Shown here: in pieces, positions 27,651-38,818 of the stretch
Layout of the letters: each line of letters opens with the position of its first letter
Numbering within the stretch: position 1 is the stretch's first letter
DNA from: Epiperipatus broadwayi
Taxonomy: Eukaryota > Animalia > Onychophora
Reading direction: 5' to 3'
Assembly (NCBI GenBank): GCA_028023455.1
Contig: JAQFVV010000002.1
Span: forward strand, 14,384,001-14,448,000
Length of the DNA stretch: 64,000 bases
Program-made: the position numbers and the translations under genes
Notes under the pieces: generated by a model
Seen by the model: only the letters and a program-made list of their open reading frames with translations
Told to the model about the DNA's origin: nothing
The model's database searches: none

Positions 27651-28084
27651 GTATATATTTGTTTAAAATATTGTTACTGTATTAATTATTGTATTGTTTT
27701 GAATAATTATATATATATATATATATAAACATTGCATATATGATATACATCCATACTTCCACACTTAAAAATATTAACTTATTTAAAATATTAAACTATT
27801 TACTATAAGACTATAATATCATTAGTACTAAATTAATATTCATGTTCCTACTCTTCTAATTAAAATAATATTATACTTAAAAGAAAGTTACTAAAATAAA
27901 TCAAGACAATAATTACGTATATCTTCAATTGACGAATGTTCTTTAACTGAAACATAGGCTTATTTATACCTGTGTCTATATATATGTAATATTAGGGTAT
28001 GAGCACAGACTTTCACACGATCCACCACTCTCCACTCCATCTAATAACACTGATACATATAAGCACATATATGCTGAAAAGATA

Positions 28085-28145
28085 AATAATCACCAATATA
28101 CGTATTTCATGCTAAACCAGCAATCATCAGTTGGTCCAGATTATC
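28085..28145 (-). ncRNA. Type I hammerhead ribozyme, copy 1
   Basis: Reverse complement of GATAATCTGGACCAA-CTGATGA-TTGCTGGTTTAGCAT-GAAA-TACGTATA-TTGGTGATTATT. Confidence 0.8.
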
Positions 28146-28798
28146 ATCTCCCACACATATATACTATAAGTCCTCAGCTATATATTAAGATAGACAATCT
28201 TCATATTTTAATGGACTGGCTCCAATCTACTCCACACTCCAACTCTTCAACTGTCCATCCAATTGAAAATCTGATGATGGAATGCTCAAAGGCCACCCTG
28301 AGGCCGAGATTCTTGTCACACCCATGTTGACCTAAGGTCAATCTGAACCCCACATATACAGGACATAATCCATTAAATACATATGCAAGGATGGGCAGGC
28401 ATCTCTATAATGTGCTTGAGTGTATCAGTGTTATTAGATGGAGTGGAGAGTGGTGGATCGTGTGAAAGTCTGTGCTCATACTCTAATATTACATATATAT
28501 AGACACAGGTATAAATAAGCCTATGTTTCAGTTATTACATTATAGAGATGTCTGCCCATCCTTGCATATGTATTTAATGGATTATGTCCTGTACATGTGG
28601 GGTTCAGATTGGCCTTAGGTCAACATGGGTGTGACAAGAATCTCGGCCTCAGGGTGGCCTTTGAGCATTCCATCATCAGATTTTCAATTGGATGGACTGT
28701 TGAAGAGTTGGAGTGTGGAGTAGATTGGAGCCAGTCCATATGAAGATTGTCTATCTTAATATATAGCTGAGCACTTATAGTATATATGTGTGGGAGAT

Positions 28799-28859
28799 GA
28801 TAATCTGGACCAACTGATGATTGCTGGTTTAGCATGAAATACGTATATTGGTGATTATT
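28799..28859 (+). ncRNA. Type I hammerhead ribozyme, copy 2
   Basis: CTGATGA 28814-28820; stem II TGCT/AGCA; GAAA 28836-28839; palindromic stem III ATACGTAT; stem I ATAATC-(TGG bulge)-ACCAA paired with TTGGT-GATTAT; predicted cleavage after A28847. Confidence 0.8.
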
Positions 28860-29238
28860 TATCTTTTCAGCATATATGTGCTTGAGTGTATCAGTGTTAT
28901 TAGATGGAGTGAAGAATGGTGGATCGTGTGAAAGTCTGTGCTCATACCCTAATATTACATATATATAGACACAGGTATAAATAAGCCTATGTTTCAGCTA
29001 TTACATTATAGAGATGTCTGCCCATCCTTGCATATGTATTTAATGGATTAAGGTCAACATGGGTGTGACAAGAACCTCAGCCTCAGGGTGGCCTTTGAGC
29101 ATTCCATCATCAGATTTTCAATTGGATGGACGGTTGAAGAGTTGGAGTGTGGAGTAGATTGGAGCCAGTCCATTAAAATATGAAGATTGTCTATCTTAAT
29201 ATATAGCTGAGCACTTATAGTATATATGTGTGGGAGAT

Positions 29239-29299
29239 GATAATCTGGACCAACTGATGATTGCTGGTTTAGCATGAAATATGTATATTGGTGATTATT
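29239..29299 (+). ncRNA. Type I hammerhead ribozyme, copy 3
   Basis: Same fold as copy 2; stem III reads ATATGTAT (CpG to TpG change). Confidence 0.75.
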
Positions 29300-30675
29300 T
29301 ATCTTTTCAGCATATATATGCTTGAGTGTATCAGTGTTATTAGATGGAGTGGGGAGTGGTGGATCGTGTGAATGTTCTCTATAAAGTTCAAATGTTTTTT
29401 TTTATTTTCCTCGAGAGTTTTTTTTTTTTTTTAAAAAAAAAAGTTCTCCTAAGAGCTTTTAAAATGCCTGACCATTGCTAAGTTTTCCTACTTGACAACG
29501 AACAACTTCCCCAAAGTTGGCACATGCATTGTAACTCCTTCCTGTGTGATGAACAAAGTTTAGAAATGAATAATATAAAATAATACGACGTCTAAAAATC
29601 CAAAATTATTGACAAAAATAATCACTGATCTATTTTGAAAAAGTTTGTAGAATAATTTCATTGTTTATATTATTCAGAACAGTGATTATTAAGATGATAA
29701 TTAAACTATAATGTTGAAAATAATATTTTTGAAGTTTATATTTCATAGGATCCTTTATCGGCTTGGTGATGCATCATATCCCGGTAACTTGACTACGGAC
29801 AATCTGGATAAAACTTTTTGTGCAATTTTAAAATATTTATATCTCCATAAATTCAGTAATTTCTGGTTTATAATACATTCCTTTATAGGTTTACTCTTCA
29901 GGATAATTTATTATTTATTATCCAATTATAGCTATTTTTCAATTTTGTTCAAATTATCAGTTTTTTTAAAATAAATTCTTATGAATGTGTATAACCTTAT
30001 ATAATTCAGGTTTTATAACATATGCTCTAGAATATCCATTTAAATGTCATTTCTGACAGTTTTTCTTTAATTGTATTCACAATGTTTTCCTTCAAAAAGG
30101 ATAAAATATTTATCTCTATAGCATTATTTTCCATAAAAATAATTATAAATTTATCATATTACTAGTCGGTCTTGAACACGACTATCTCGCTACTATAAAA
30201 ATGCATTGTTCACTTTTAATTTGCAAGTAGCTTTTCTGTTAAGCTTTCTGCACAATGTCCAAAATAATTCTTTGTTTATTAAAATTGTTCTCTTGGCTAA
30301 TATCATTAATATTACATTAACAATTATCATTCTTACTTTTAAAATTTTCGTAATTAAACACGTATCACTTATTGGCATATCCATATTTTTTTACTGCGAA
30401 GTTGTATTAAGTTTTGATGAATAATCCTGGTAAAGGGAACTTTAATTTAGCAATGCATCCTTTTAATAAACTTATTAAAATATATTTATACTACGCTCTC
30501 TTTTGCAAATACTTAAAAAAAAATTAATATCCTATCAGTTTGCAAAATATATTATACGAGAGCACTAAAATTGACTAAAATAAAAATTTTAAAAGAAGTA
30601 TAACTTTAGAAAATTACTATCATCCCCTAGAATCAAACGTGCAACAGTATTTATACCCTACAAAATACATCATCC

Positions 30676-32114
30676 GGTTGTTTTACAATAGCGTGTTGAA
30701 ACCACCGGAGGGTGGGCTCAGTTTGTAAACAAAGATAAATATAATGTTGCCGGAGCCGGGTTTCTTTTCTTTTTTTTTTTTGTTGGCTTTGGTTTTTTTT
30801 TTTTTTTGTTTATCACATTTATAAAAGTAATATCAAATCAAATTTTTTTTAAACACGATCAAAAAATAACAAATGCATAAAAAAAATTACAAATAAATGA
30901 ATTTACAAAAAAAGTACTTAATTTTTTTTGCTTTTGATTCTTTTCATTATTTATATTTTGAAAGGGGACGGGGTTTTTTTTTTGTCTACGTATTTTTTTT
31001 TGTTGTTGTTGTTGTTGTTTATCATATTTAAAATAAAAGTACAGCGGCTATCAAATCTATTTTGGCTACCCCAAACAAACAAAAAAAAAACAATTAAAAA
31101 TGATTTTTAAAAAGTAGTTAACCGATTTTTTGTTTGTTTTGATTCTTCTCGTTAAACCCTTTCTATTTTCAGTTCGGTATTGTACAACAAACAAAAAATC
31201 AGCCGATTCAACTACTTCTTTTTTTTTTCGGTTTGTTTTATTTTATTTTGATAAATTATAAATAAATCTATTGTCCATTTAACGGTAACATTTACAAGCC
31301 AAAGTCCAACTTTGGGAGAGGGGGGAAGAGTATTTGCAATTGCTAACAGAACGGAATGCCAACAACTCTAAGATTGATCAAGTTTTGACAGTAATTCCCC
31401 CCAAAAAACATCAATCTATACGGCAATTAAAAGCAACTTTTTGGGCTCTTCAGGCAAAAAAAAAACAGCAGGCATGCAGCTTCAAGCTGTTTTGTTTGAT
31501 AAACCGGTTCCAGCAGTCAGAGAAGAATTCTTGTTCTTTCTTTGACATTCGGAAACAAGTTGTCCTATTTCAGCTATTCAATTAATCAGCTCGCAGTTGT
31601 TCTCGCATGAAACATGACTTAGAGCGTGATTTGATGGGAATCGCACTTTTAACTACACTTGGCCCATTTTTTCAGCAGGAAATGGGGGCTAGGAAAGCAT
31701 GAGACTCTGCTGATAATTGTTAGTAAACCTTCCTAAAACATGCGAGATAGAGGGGGAGGTGGTCTTAATGAATATTAAAATAGTTTCAACAATCATAATT
31801 CCAGCCACCCTCAGACAATACTGTAAACAAAAGTGAAATGTGATCGCACATCCGAAATGCGTAGCCCGAATCTGAGCTGTAAGCTGACACGATAGCTTCT
31901 GCAGCAGATTGGCTAAATGTCACATTTCTGTGCATTAGCATAGAAATAAACACAGCAGCCAGTACCCTCCCCCATATCAACGGACTATTTCTAGGCTTAC
32001 GCGTTAGAAATAATATGTTCAATAGCGGTGGAGGCCACCTAAATGGCATATTTCTGTGTGCTAGCATAGAAATAACACCCTCTGGCAGTTTCAACATGCT
32101 ATTGTAAAACAACC
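30676..32114. mobile_element. Non-autonomous TIR DNA transposon (1439 bp), Merlin-like by its termini
   Basis: 39-bp TIRs GGTTGTTTTACAATAGC... at 30676-30714 and 32076-32114 (35/39 identical); 8-bp TSD CATCATCC at 30668-30675 and 32115-32122; no transposase ORF. Confidence 0.85.
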
Positions 32115-32150
32115 CATCATCCTATTGGTGGATTTTTGCTTTTCATCTGA

Positions 32151-32402
32151 TACTTGATTTGCATATTACTACTGTAACACAATTAAATTTAAAAAATAAA
32201 ATATGACTCATTCTAATTTTAAAAATATTATTAAAATATAAATTTTAAATCAATTTTATACTTTATTCAAAATTGATTACTTGATTTGCATATTACTACT
32301 GTAACACAATTAAATTTAAAAAATAAAATATGACTCATTCTAATTTAAAAATATTATTAAATATAATTTTAAATCAATTTTATACTTTATTCAAAATTGA
32401 TT
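32151..32402. repeat. 127-bp tandem duplication
   Basis: tacttgatttgcatattactactgtaacac... at 32151 and 32278. Confidence 0.9.
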
Positions 32403-33225
32403 AAACACTTTAAAATAACTTTTAAAAACAATATTTAATAAATTTATCCCACCTTTTATATTTAATTTATCTATTTTATTTTACAACAAAATATTTAATT
32501 TTTTATTAGCTGATTCATCTTATAATACTATTTAAAACATGTTATAACGATAGCTAACTTAAATATTTGCTGTTGTGATAGGTAAATAAATATATCCAAT
32601 TCTTTAATGCAATTCTTAAAATATTTTGAACTTTATTAACACAAATACCAACAAGCATGTGTGCATGGCTATATTATGCAGGTCACACGACTTATAACTG
32701 AGACAGATTGTATCCTAATTTTTATCTGAAAATAAATGATAAATTGCAACAATTATTACATTAAATAAATAATACAATAATATAAAATTTGGAATAATTA
32801 TTTGGAAAATATAGAACTAAATATAACTTTTCCTACTATAGAGATTACTTTTTAAAATATATATTAATTATAATTATTAAATATAATTTATACTTTTAAA
32901 TATAGTATTTATTTAATTACAAGTTTTAACTATTAAAATTTAACTTTTAAAACATATTTTAAACATTTATAGCTGCATTATTTATTATGGCCAGCTTTTC
33001 CAACCATATGTAATTAGTACTTTTAACTTTTTTTAACTGTTTTAAGGTTATTCATTATAATTTTAGGTACTACATATTTTAATTTAGCTTTAAATTGTAC
33101 TTTCAAAGTATCATCAATACAATATAACTATTACACAAAGAGAACATATTCTAAATTTAAATTTTTTTAGTAATTTGTTATGATGAGCTAATTCTGACCT
33201 ATAGAAAAGGGCACAATATATATAT

Positions 33226-34984
33226 TATAACGAACCGCTTTGCCCGCAGAAGGGTCGTATTAGTAAATTCATAAAAATGGCTATGGTTAACTTAAGATTT
33301 AACCTTATATATATAAATTTTTCCCTCTCTGCATGATCCCCGGGCATATTTATGGATAGCGTGTTTGCTTCCAAGTGCCAAACCTATTTGCGATGAACAA
33401 ATAAGAATTACACCATGGGACTCTATAGATGCAGCATATACCCCGATAGCGACTCGATAGATATTTACTACCACTTTGCCTTTTCCTGTAATTTAAGGGG
33501 GGAGGGGTGTTAACTAGCCTAGCTCATCTCAGGGGTGGTGGTCATTAGACCGTGGATGGGAACTATGGATTCCGACACTACTTTCTTTTAACTGAAGGTG
33601 GATGGATATACATAACCAAATTTCTGTCTATCTAAAAAAAAATAAACGATTATAGAAATCCCATCTTATCGATTAGATTTTCTCTGCGCAATAGGTGAAT
33701 TCCCGTTTAATTTCAGATGAGTGCGCTCGCTACCCCACCCTAAATTTCCCCATACCGGTTGTTCAAGGTAGAGTATACATTTTATATTAATTATGAAATC
33801 TTTAGCGCTATAACTATGAATCTGATTAAAATAATATAAATCAAAGAATAAAAAAAAAAAAATATTCACAGATATTCATAACATTAAAACAATTTATTAT
33901 AAAATAAGAAGGTTAGGATTTATTTAATTGACCCGCCATTATTCATAACTCGTGCTTCATAGAATGTCAAGCATACACACATATACGTACAGATTAAGCA
34001 TTTTATTATTTGGACCTTTATAGGCAACGCAACAGATTATTAATGTTCTTTTATTAAATTACTTCCCTGGACTTTGTAGTTTGAAAGTTTTATTGAAACA
34101 TGTTTTAAAGATAGAGAATTTAATTTATTTCAAAGTTCCGATAAATGACGCAATCCATTTAAGACTCGGATTGTGTTTTAATAGCAAATCAATAAGCAAA
34201 TAATATAGTTCACGTTACCTTAACATTCCCGGGAATTTAGGCATTTCAAAGGTGTAGGTCTGACGAGGTCAATGGCTTTAAAACTGGATGATCTCATAGT
34301 TAGTTTCCCCGTAGCTATCATTGTTCCTTGCCATCGATGACTGGAATTCGGCGTTCTTTAACTATCCTTTTTGCAGCACATTCAGGATCGTAGGGCAGGC
34401 CTTCATCGCCTGTCAAGTGAAAGGTTTTTACCCCACTCGATGCATGATATGTTTCTTTATTTTTCAATCTCGCTCTCTGGACCCCTGGAAGAAAAAAAAT
34501 ATCCCCTATTTATTTTCTTTTATATCCCCTCTCTTCTCGTCCTTTCCACGTCCCTTTCCGTGATTCCATCCCTCGAAATTCTCCGGTTGCGTCACCTAAC
34601 CGGACTATGACTACGTCATCGCGGTCGCCATTGTATTAAAACCTGTGTTTGTATTTTAGAAAGATCTCATTTTGCTTTAACTGGCCATCTACTTGAAATA
34701 TATCAATCATGCACATATATATACTCGCATGCCACAAACACTCCAATAAAGCACGAGTTTTACGAAGTTTTTCCCCACTTTTAAAATTAAACCAATAACA
34801 ACTAGCTACAAATAAATATACGAATAACATACTGTTAATATTGAATTATTCCCACCACCATTTAATATTAGTATTTACAATTATTAATAAACTTTATTAG
34901 TTGATAGTGTTAGTAATATCTATATCCATTTATCTTGTAACTTTTGGCGGACCATTGGCTCTCGTCAGTCCGCACCTTGTTACA
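33226..34984 (-). repeat. 3' LTR (1759 bp)
   Basis: Sense-strand ends TGTAAC...GTTATA; preceded by PPT GGGGGGGGCAT; TATAAAAG on the minus strand at 34517-34524. Confidence 0.85.
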
Positions 34985-35035
34985 ATGCCCCCCCCGTTCG
35001 GGAGCCTTCAAACACGCTCTATGGGTTTGAAAGGC

Positions 35036-38000
35036 TTATACTTCTCTTGTACTCTCTCTGCCGGCAGGTCCCGCTGCCGGATTCCTTGGGGATTCCTCAT
35101 CGGCGGGAGATCTTTGGCTTCGTGCGGGTTTCGGCGCTCGTGCATTATATGAGCCTTTAACTCCTGACCCTGTATCTACCCAGAAAGCATTGCTTCCCTG
35201 ACATTTAACAATCGGAAAAGGCCCCTCATACAAATCGCAGAATTTCTTGCATATGTTTCTACTTGTTTCGCTTACAGGTTGGGCACGCACCATGACCCAG
35301 TCTCCCACTTTGAATAAATGGGGGCGATTTCCTTGCCTGTTCTTTCTCCATTGCCCCATCTTTTGCATGGTCTGCCATGCCCTGCTTTGGTCATTTTCCA
35401 CATCTACTGGACTCTCATCCATTCCGGGAAGGACGGTCTTAATAAGGCAAGGTATATGGCATCCGAAATGAAGCCGGAAGGGTGCTAGACCTGTTGACTC
35501 ATTTACGGACCAGTTTATGAAGTTAATTATTTGAGGGGTGAGCTTGACCCATCCACGATGGTTATCCCCAGTGTACGTGCAGAACAACCGCCCCAGTTCC
35601 CTCATCACCCTCTCACAAGGGTTAGATTGAGGGTTACGAATCGAGGTTAGGCAATGTTTGATCCCTTGATTCTGTATCCACTTGCGCCATTCATTAGATG
35701 TGAATGGAGTTCCGTGATCCGATAGGAGGACACGAGGTTTTCCTAATTTGTTGAAGTAGTTGGTTTCAAGCATCTTAATCGCGAATTTGGTGTTTGCCTG
35801 GGCGATGGGATATGCTGCCACATGTTTCGAGAACAAGTCGTACGCCACAATAAGATACCTTTTCCTTTTGAACGTGGGTAATGGTCCGTAAAAATCAATG
35901 GCTACTATTTCACGAGGACCTGTGGGGATGATAGGCACTAGGTTTGCCGCATACGCATGGTTTGTAGGCTTGGTTCTCTGGCAACTTTTACATTCCCTTA
36001 CTATGGCCTTCACCGAGGTGTGGATTCCAGGCCAATAAAACCATTTCTGAATTAGGTGTTCCGTCTTTAAGGTCCCGTAATGCCCATATATCTGGTGAAC
36101 ATAGGCTACTAATTCATTTCTCAACCGACCCGGTACACTGGGCTTCCAGTTCTTTGTTTCTCCACACATTAGGGATTGAAGGATTCCATAGCATATGCGG
36201 TGTTTACTCGCGAGCTGAGGGTCCGTACTCCCCTCTAATCTTTGGATTAGTGGTCCCAAGTCCTTATCTTGACGTTGCCACTCACCTAACTGTGCCAATT
36301 TTTTCTCTATCTCCCTGCTCATTTGTAGGTCCATACTGGTGATGCATGCGTTTTCTGCCCTCATATGTTCTGCTTGGTGCCCCACCGGGTTCCGGCTGAG
36401 AATATCGGCTATGATATTATCCACCCCTTGACAATGATGGATAGTATAGTTGTACTCTTGGAGAAGTAAACTCCACCGGATTAGTCGACTGTTGGTAAGA
36501 TAGCTAAGGTTGATAAATTCTAAACTTTTGTGATCTGTCACCACTGCTACCTCTGATCCCAGCAGGAGTGGGCGGAATTTCTGGAAGGCCCAGACAATGG
36601 CTAAGGCCTCCTTCTCTGTAGCAGAATAGTTTAGCTCCGACCCTTTTAGCAACTGGCTTATAAAATATAACACTCCCATTTTCTCCTCCCCTTGTGTTTG
36701 TGACAGAGTCGCGCCCAGCCCGTACCCACTACTATCAGTCTGGAGTATGAATGGCTTGGAAAAGTCCGGGAATGCCAGCATGACCTGTTTGGCAAATTCT
36801 GTTTTTATGTCCTCAAATGCTTTCTCTTGCTCCTCAGCCCATTTCCACGGGATATCTTTTCTTAGCAAATGCACTAGAGGCTCAGTATGTTCGGCCATCC
36901 GTTCATGGAACCGATGGTAGAAGTTACATAGGCCCAGGAAGGAACGAACCTGTTTTCTGGACCTAGGTATAGGAAAGTCCCTGATGGCAGATATTTTGTC
37001 CGGATGGGGTTTTAGTCCTTGATGGCCCACCAAGTGCCCCAAAAAGGTCACTTCCTCTTTGACTAGGTTATTCTTTCCCAAATTGACCCTGATGCCCTTG
37101 TCTTTACATTCCTTGAAGAACATTTCAACCTCCTTCTCGTGTTCTTCCATACTACCTGATGCTATCATGACGTCATCGACATACATCATGGCGATTTTCT
37201 TCATATCCTCTGACAATGTCTGGTCAAGACATCATAGCAAACCCGCCCCGCTGTTTATGAGGCCAAATGGCATCCTGTTGAATTGGTATGAATACCCATC
37301 GTACCGAAAGGCGGTGAACTGCCTGTCTTCTGGGCAAAGTTGAATCTGCCAATAGCTGGCGGTAAGGTCAAATGTTGAGAATACCTTCTTTCCCTTGAAC
37401 TTTCCCAATAATTATGGGTGGGGGAATGGTACAATCGGGAATTGTTTCCCGATTCAGCTGCCGCGCATCAAGACATATTCTAATCGCACCGTTTTTTTTT
37501 TACCACCACCAATGGGTTGCAAAACGGGGATGAGCATTTAGAAATGACGCCCCAATCCACCATTTGCTCTATTTGTCTTCTGACCTCCTCTCGGTATTGG
37601 TGAGGGACCGGGTATGATCGTGACTGAAATGGCTGGTTCTCCCTAAGTTTGATTGTCTGCTCAAATCCCTGTATCGTTCCGGGCACCTCTGAAAACACTT
37701 CCCTGTATTTTTTTAGTATTTGCCCAAAAACCCTCGCTTTGTCTTCGCCGACCATCCTAATCTCTCTAATTTTTTCTCCCATTATATCCTCTACTTCTTC
37801 TACCTCCTTGATCCCTATCGATCCACACCAGTTGGTTGTGAGGAACTTGACGGGTGTCCCTTTACATCTGAATTCCCCTCTGCGAAAATCCAACGTACAT
37901 TGGTTTTTATGAAGGAAGTCCACCCCCACTAATGCCTCATGTATTAACCCCTTCATGACTAGAAACACATGTGGAATCACCTCCTCACCAATCCGTAGAT

Positions 38001-38247
38001 CCACCCAGACTTGTCTGGGTTCTATTTTCGCCCTTTTGTTGTTGGCCATCCTAACTTGTATAGCTTTTATGGGTAGTGTCTTGATGTCTGTTTGTTTCTC
38101 CATCATCTGCCGATATATCCTTTCTGATAATACTGAAATTTGACTTCCTGAGTCAATGACCACCTCTACTTGGGTTTCTGCAATGTGTGCTTCCACTTTA
38201 GGGCATGTTTGATTGGTGTAGTTGGGGGGCTCTGTCTTCCTCATCAC
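35036..38247 (-). pseudogene. pol: pol: aspartic protease, RT, RNase H, integrase (disrupted)
   Basis: IDSGSQ (protease), YVDD, TDSS/TDHKSL (RNase H), HQIYGHYG..C..C and IDFYG/SDHG/ERVMRE (integrase). Frameshifts near 37491-37501 (poly-T) and ~37420, and a premature TGA at ~37233. 35036-37216 is one open 726-aa frame. Confidence 0.95.
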
Positions 38248-38818
38248 AAACCAGGTTTCCCACCCATCTATCTTCCACGCTCTTATGTTCCTTCTCTTCC
38301 ATCTCTCTTCGCCACTGGCTGCACCCTATTTGTTCAAGTGCCCACTCCACATCTCGAGCTAGCCCCCTTTTGGCGGTCCTGGCTATGGCGGCTACGTCAG
38401 GTGGCACATTCCTACACATTATACCCACGATCTGTCCTTCTGACAGTTTTAGCATTTCCAATTCTCGCAGTCGAGCCACTTGTCGCCTGAAGAAGTATAT
38501 ATACTCATCGTGTGGCTCCCCGAATGTCTGTCTACTTATTTCGTTGAATATATATTCTTGGATTTCTATATTCCAAAAAGCTTGTTTGAGAGCTCTTTCG
38601 TACCCCTCAAAGGCTCCCGGTTGCTCACTCAATGCCTCCCACCATCTTTGGGCATGTTCCTGTAGGTGGCTTGCTGCAATTATCACTTTGTCCTCTTCCT
38701 CTGCGGGGTACCTGCAGAAATATCTTTTTAGACTGCAGATATGTTCCCCGGGGGATTCCCACATCTTCCCCGAAAATCTCTGAACCCTAATTGCCTCATT
38801 ACTTATATTATTCTCCAT
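38198..38818 (-). CDS. gag: Gypsy Gag (capsid-like), 206 aa
   Basis: FSG..WESPGEHICSLKRYF..HLQEHAQRWWEAL, a Ty3/Arc-type capsid signature, in the expected position; similar to 19910-20140 and 56876-57511. Confidence 0.85.
   Translation of the reverse strand: MENNISNEAIRVQRFSGKMWESPGEHICSLKRYFCRYPAEEEDKVIIAASHLQEHAQRWWEALSEQPGAFEGYERALKQAFWNIEIQEYIFNEISRQTFGEPHDEYIYFFRRQVARLRELEMLKLSEGQIVGIMCRNVPPDVAAIARTAKRGLARDVEWALEQIGCSQWRREMEEKEHKSVEDRWVGNLVCDEEDRAPQLHQSNMP

Larger units (their letters stand above)
27943..29369 (+). mobile_element. Non-autonomous hammerhead-ribozyme retroelement (retrozyme or Penelope pLTR derivative): one inverted plus two tandem monomers
   Basis: Direct monomers start at 28411, 28877 and 29317 (periods 466 and 440). 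An inverted monomer spans 27944-28413. The 9-bp direct repeat GAATGTTCT flanks the element at 27934-27942 and 29370-29378. Confidence 0.8.

Noticed and set aside
28109-29275. Three 71-73 aa ORFs MLNQQSSVGPDY...
   Set aside because: They are antisense to the ribozyme within the repeated monomer and have no recognisable domain; their recurrence reflects the repeat.
31786-32112. 108-aa ORF as a host gene
   Set aside because: It starts inside the right TIR and runs through subterminal palindromes of a non-autonomous element.
34985-35040. env gene in the Gypsy element
   Set aside because: The pol stop is only ~40 bp from the PPT, leaving no room.
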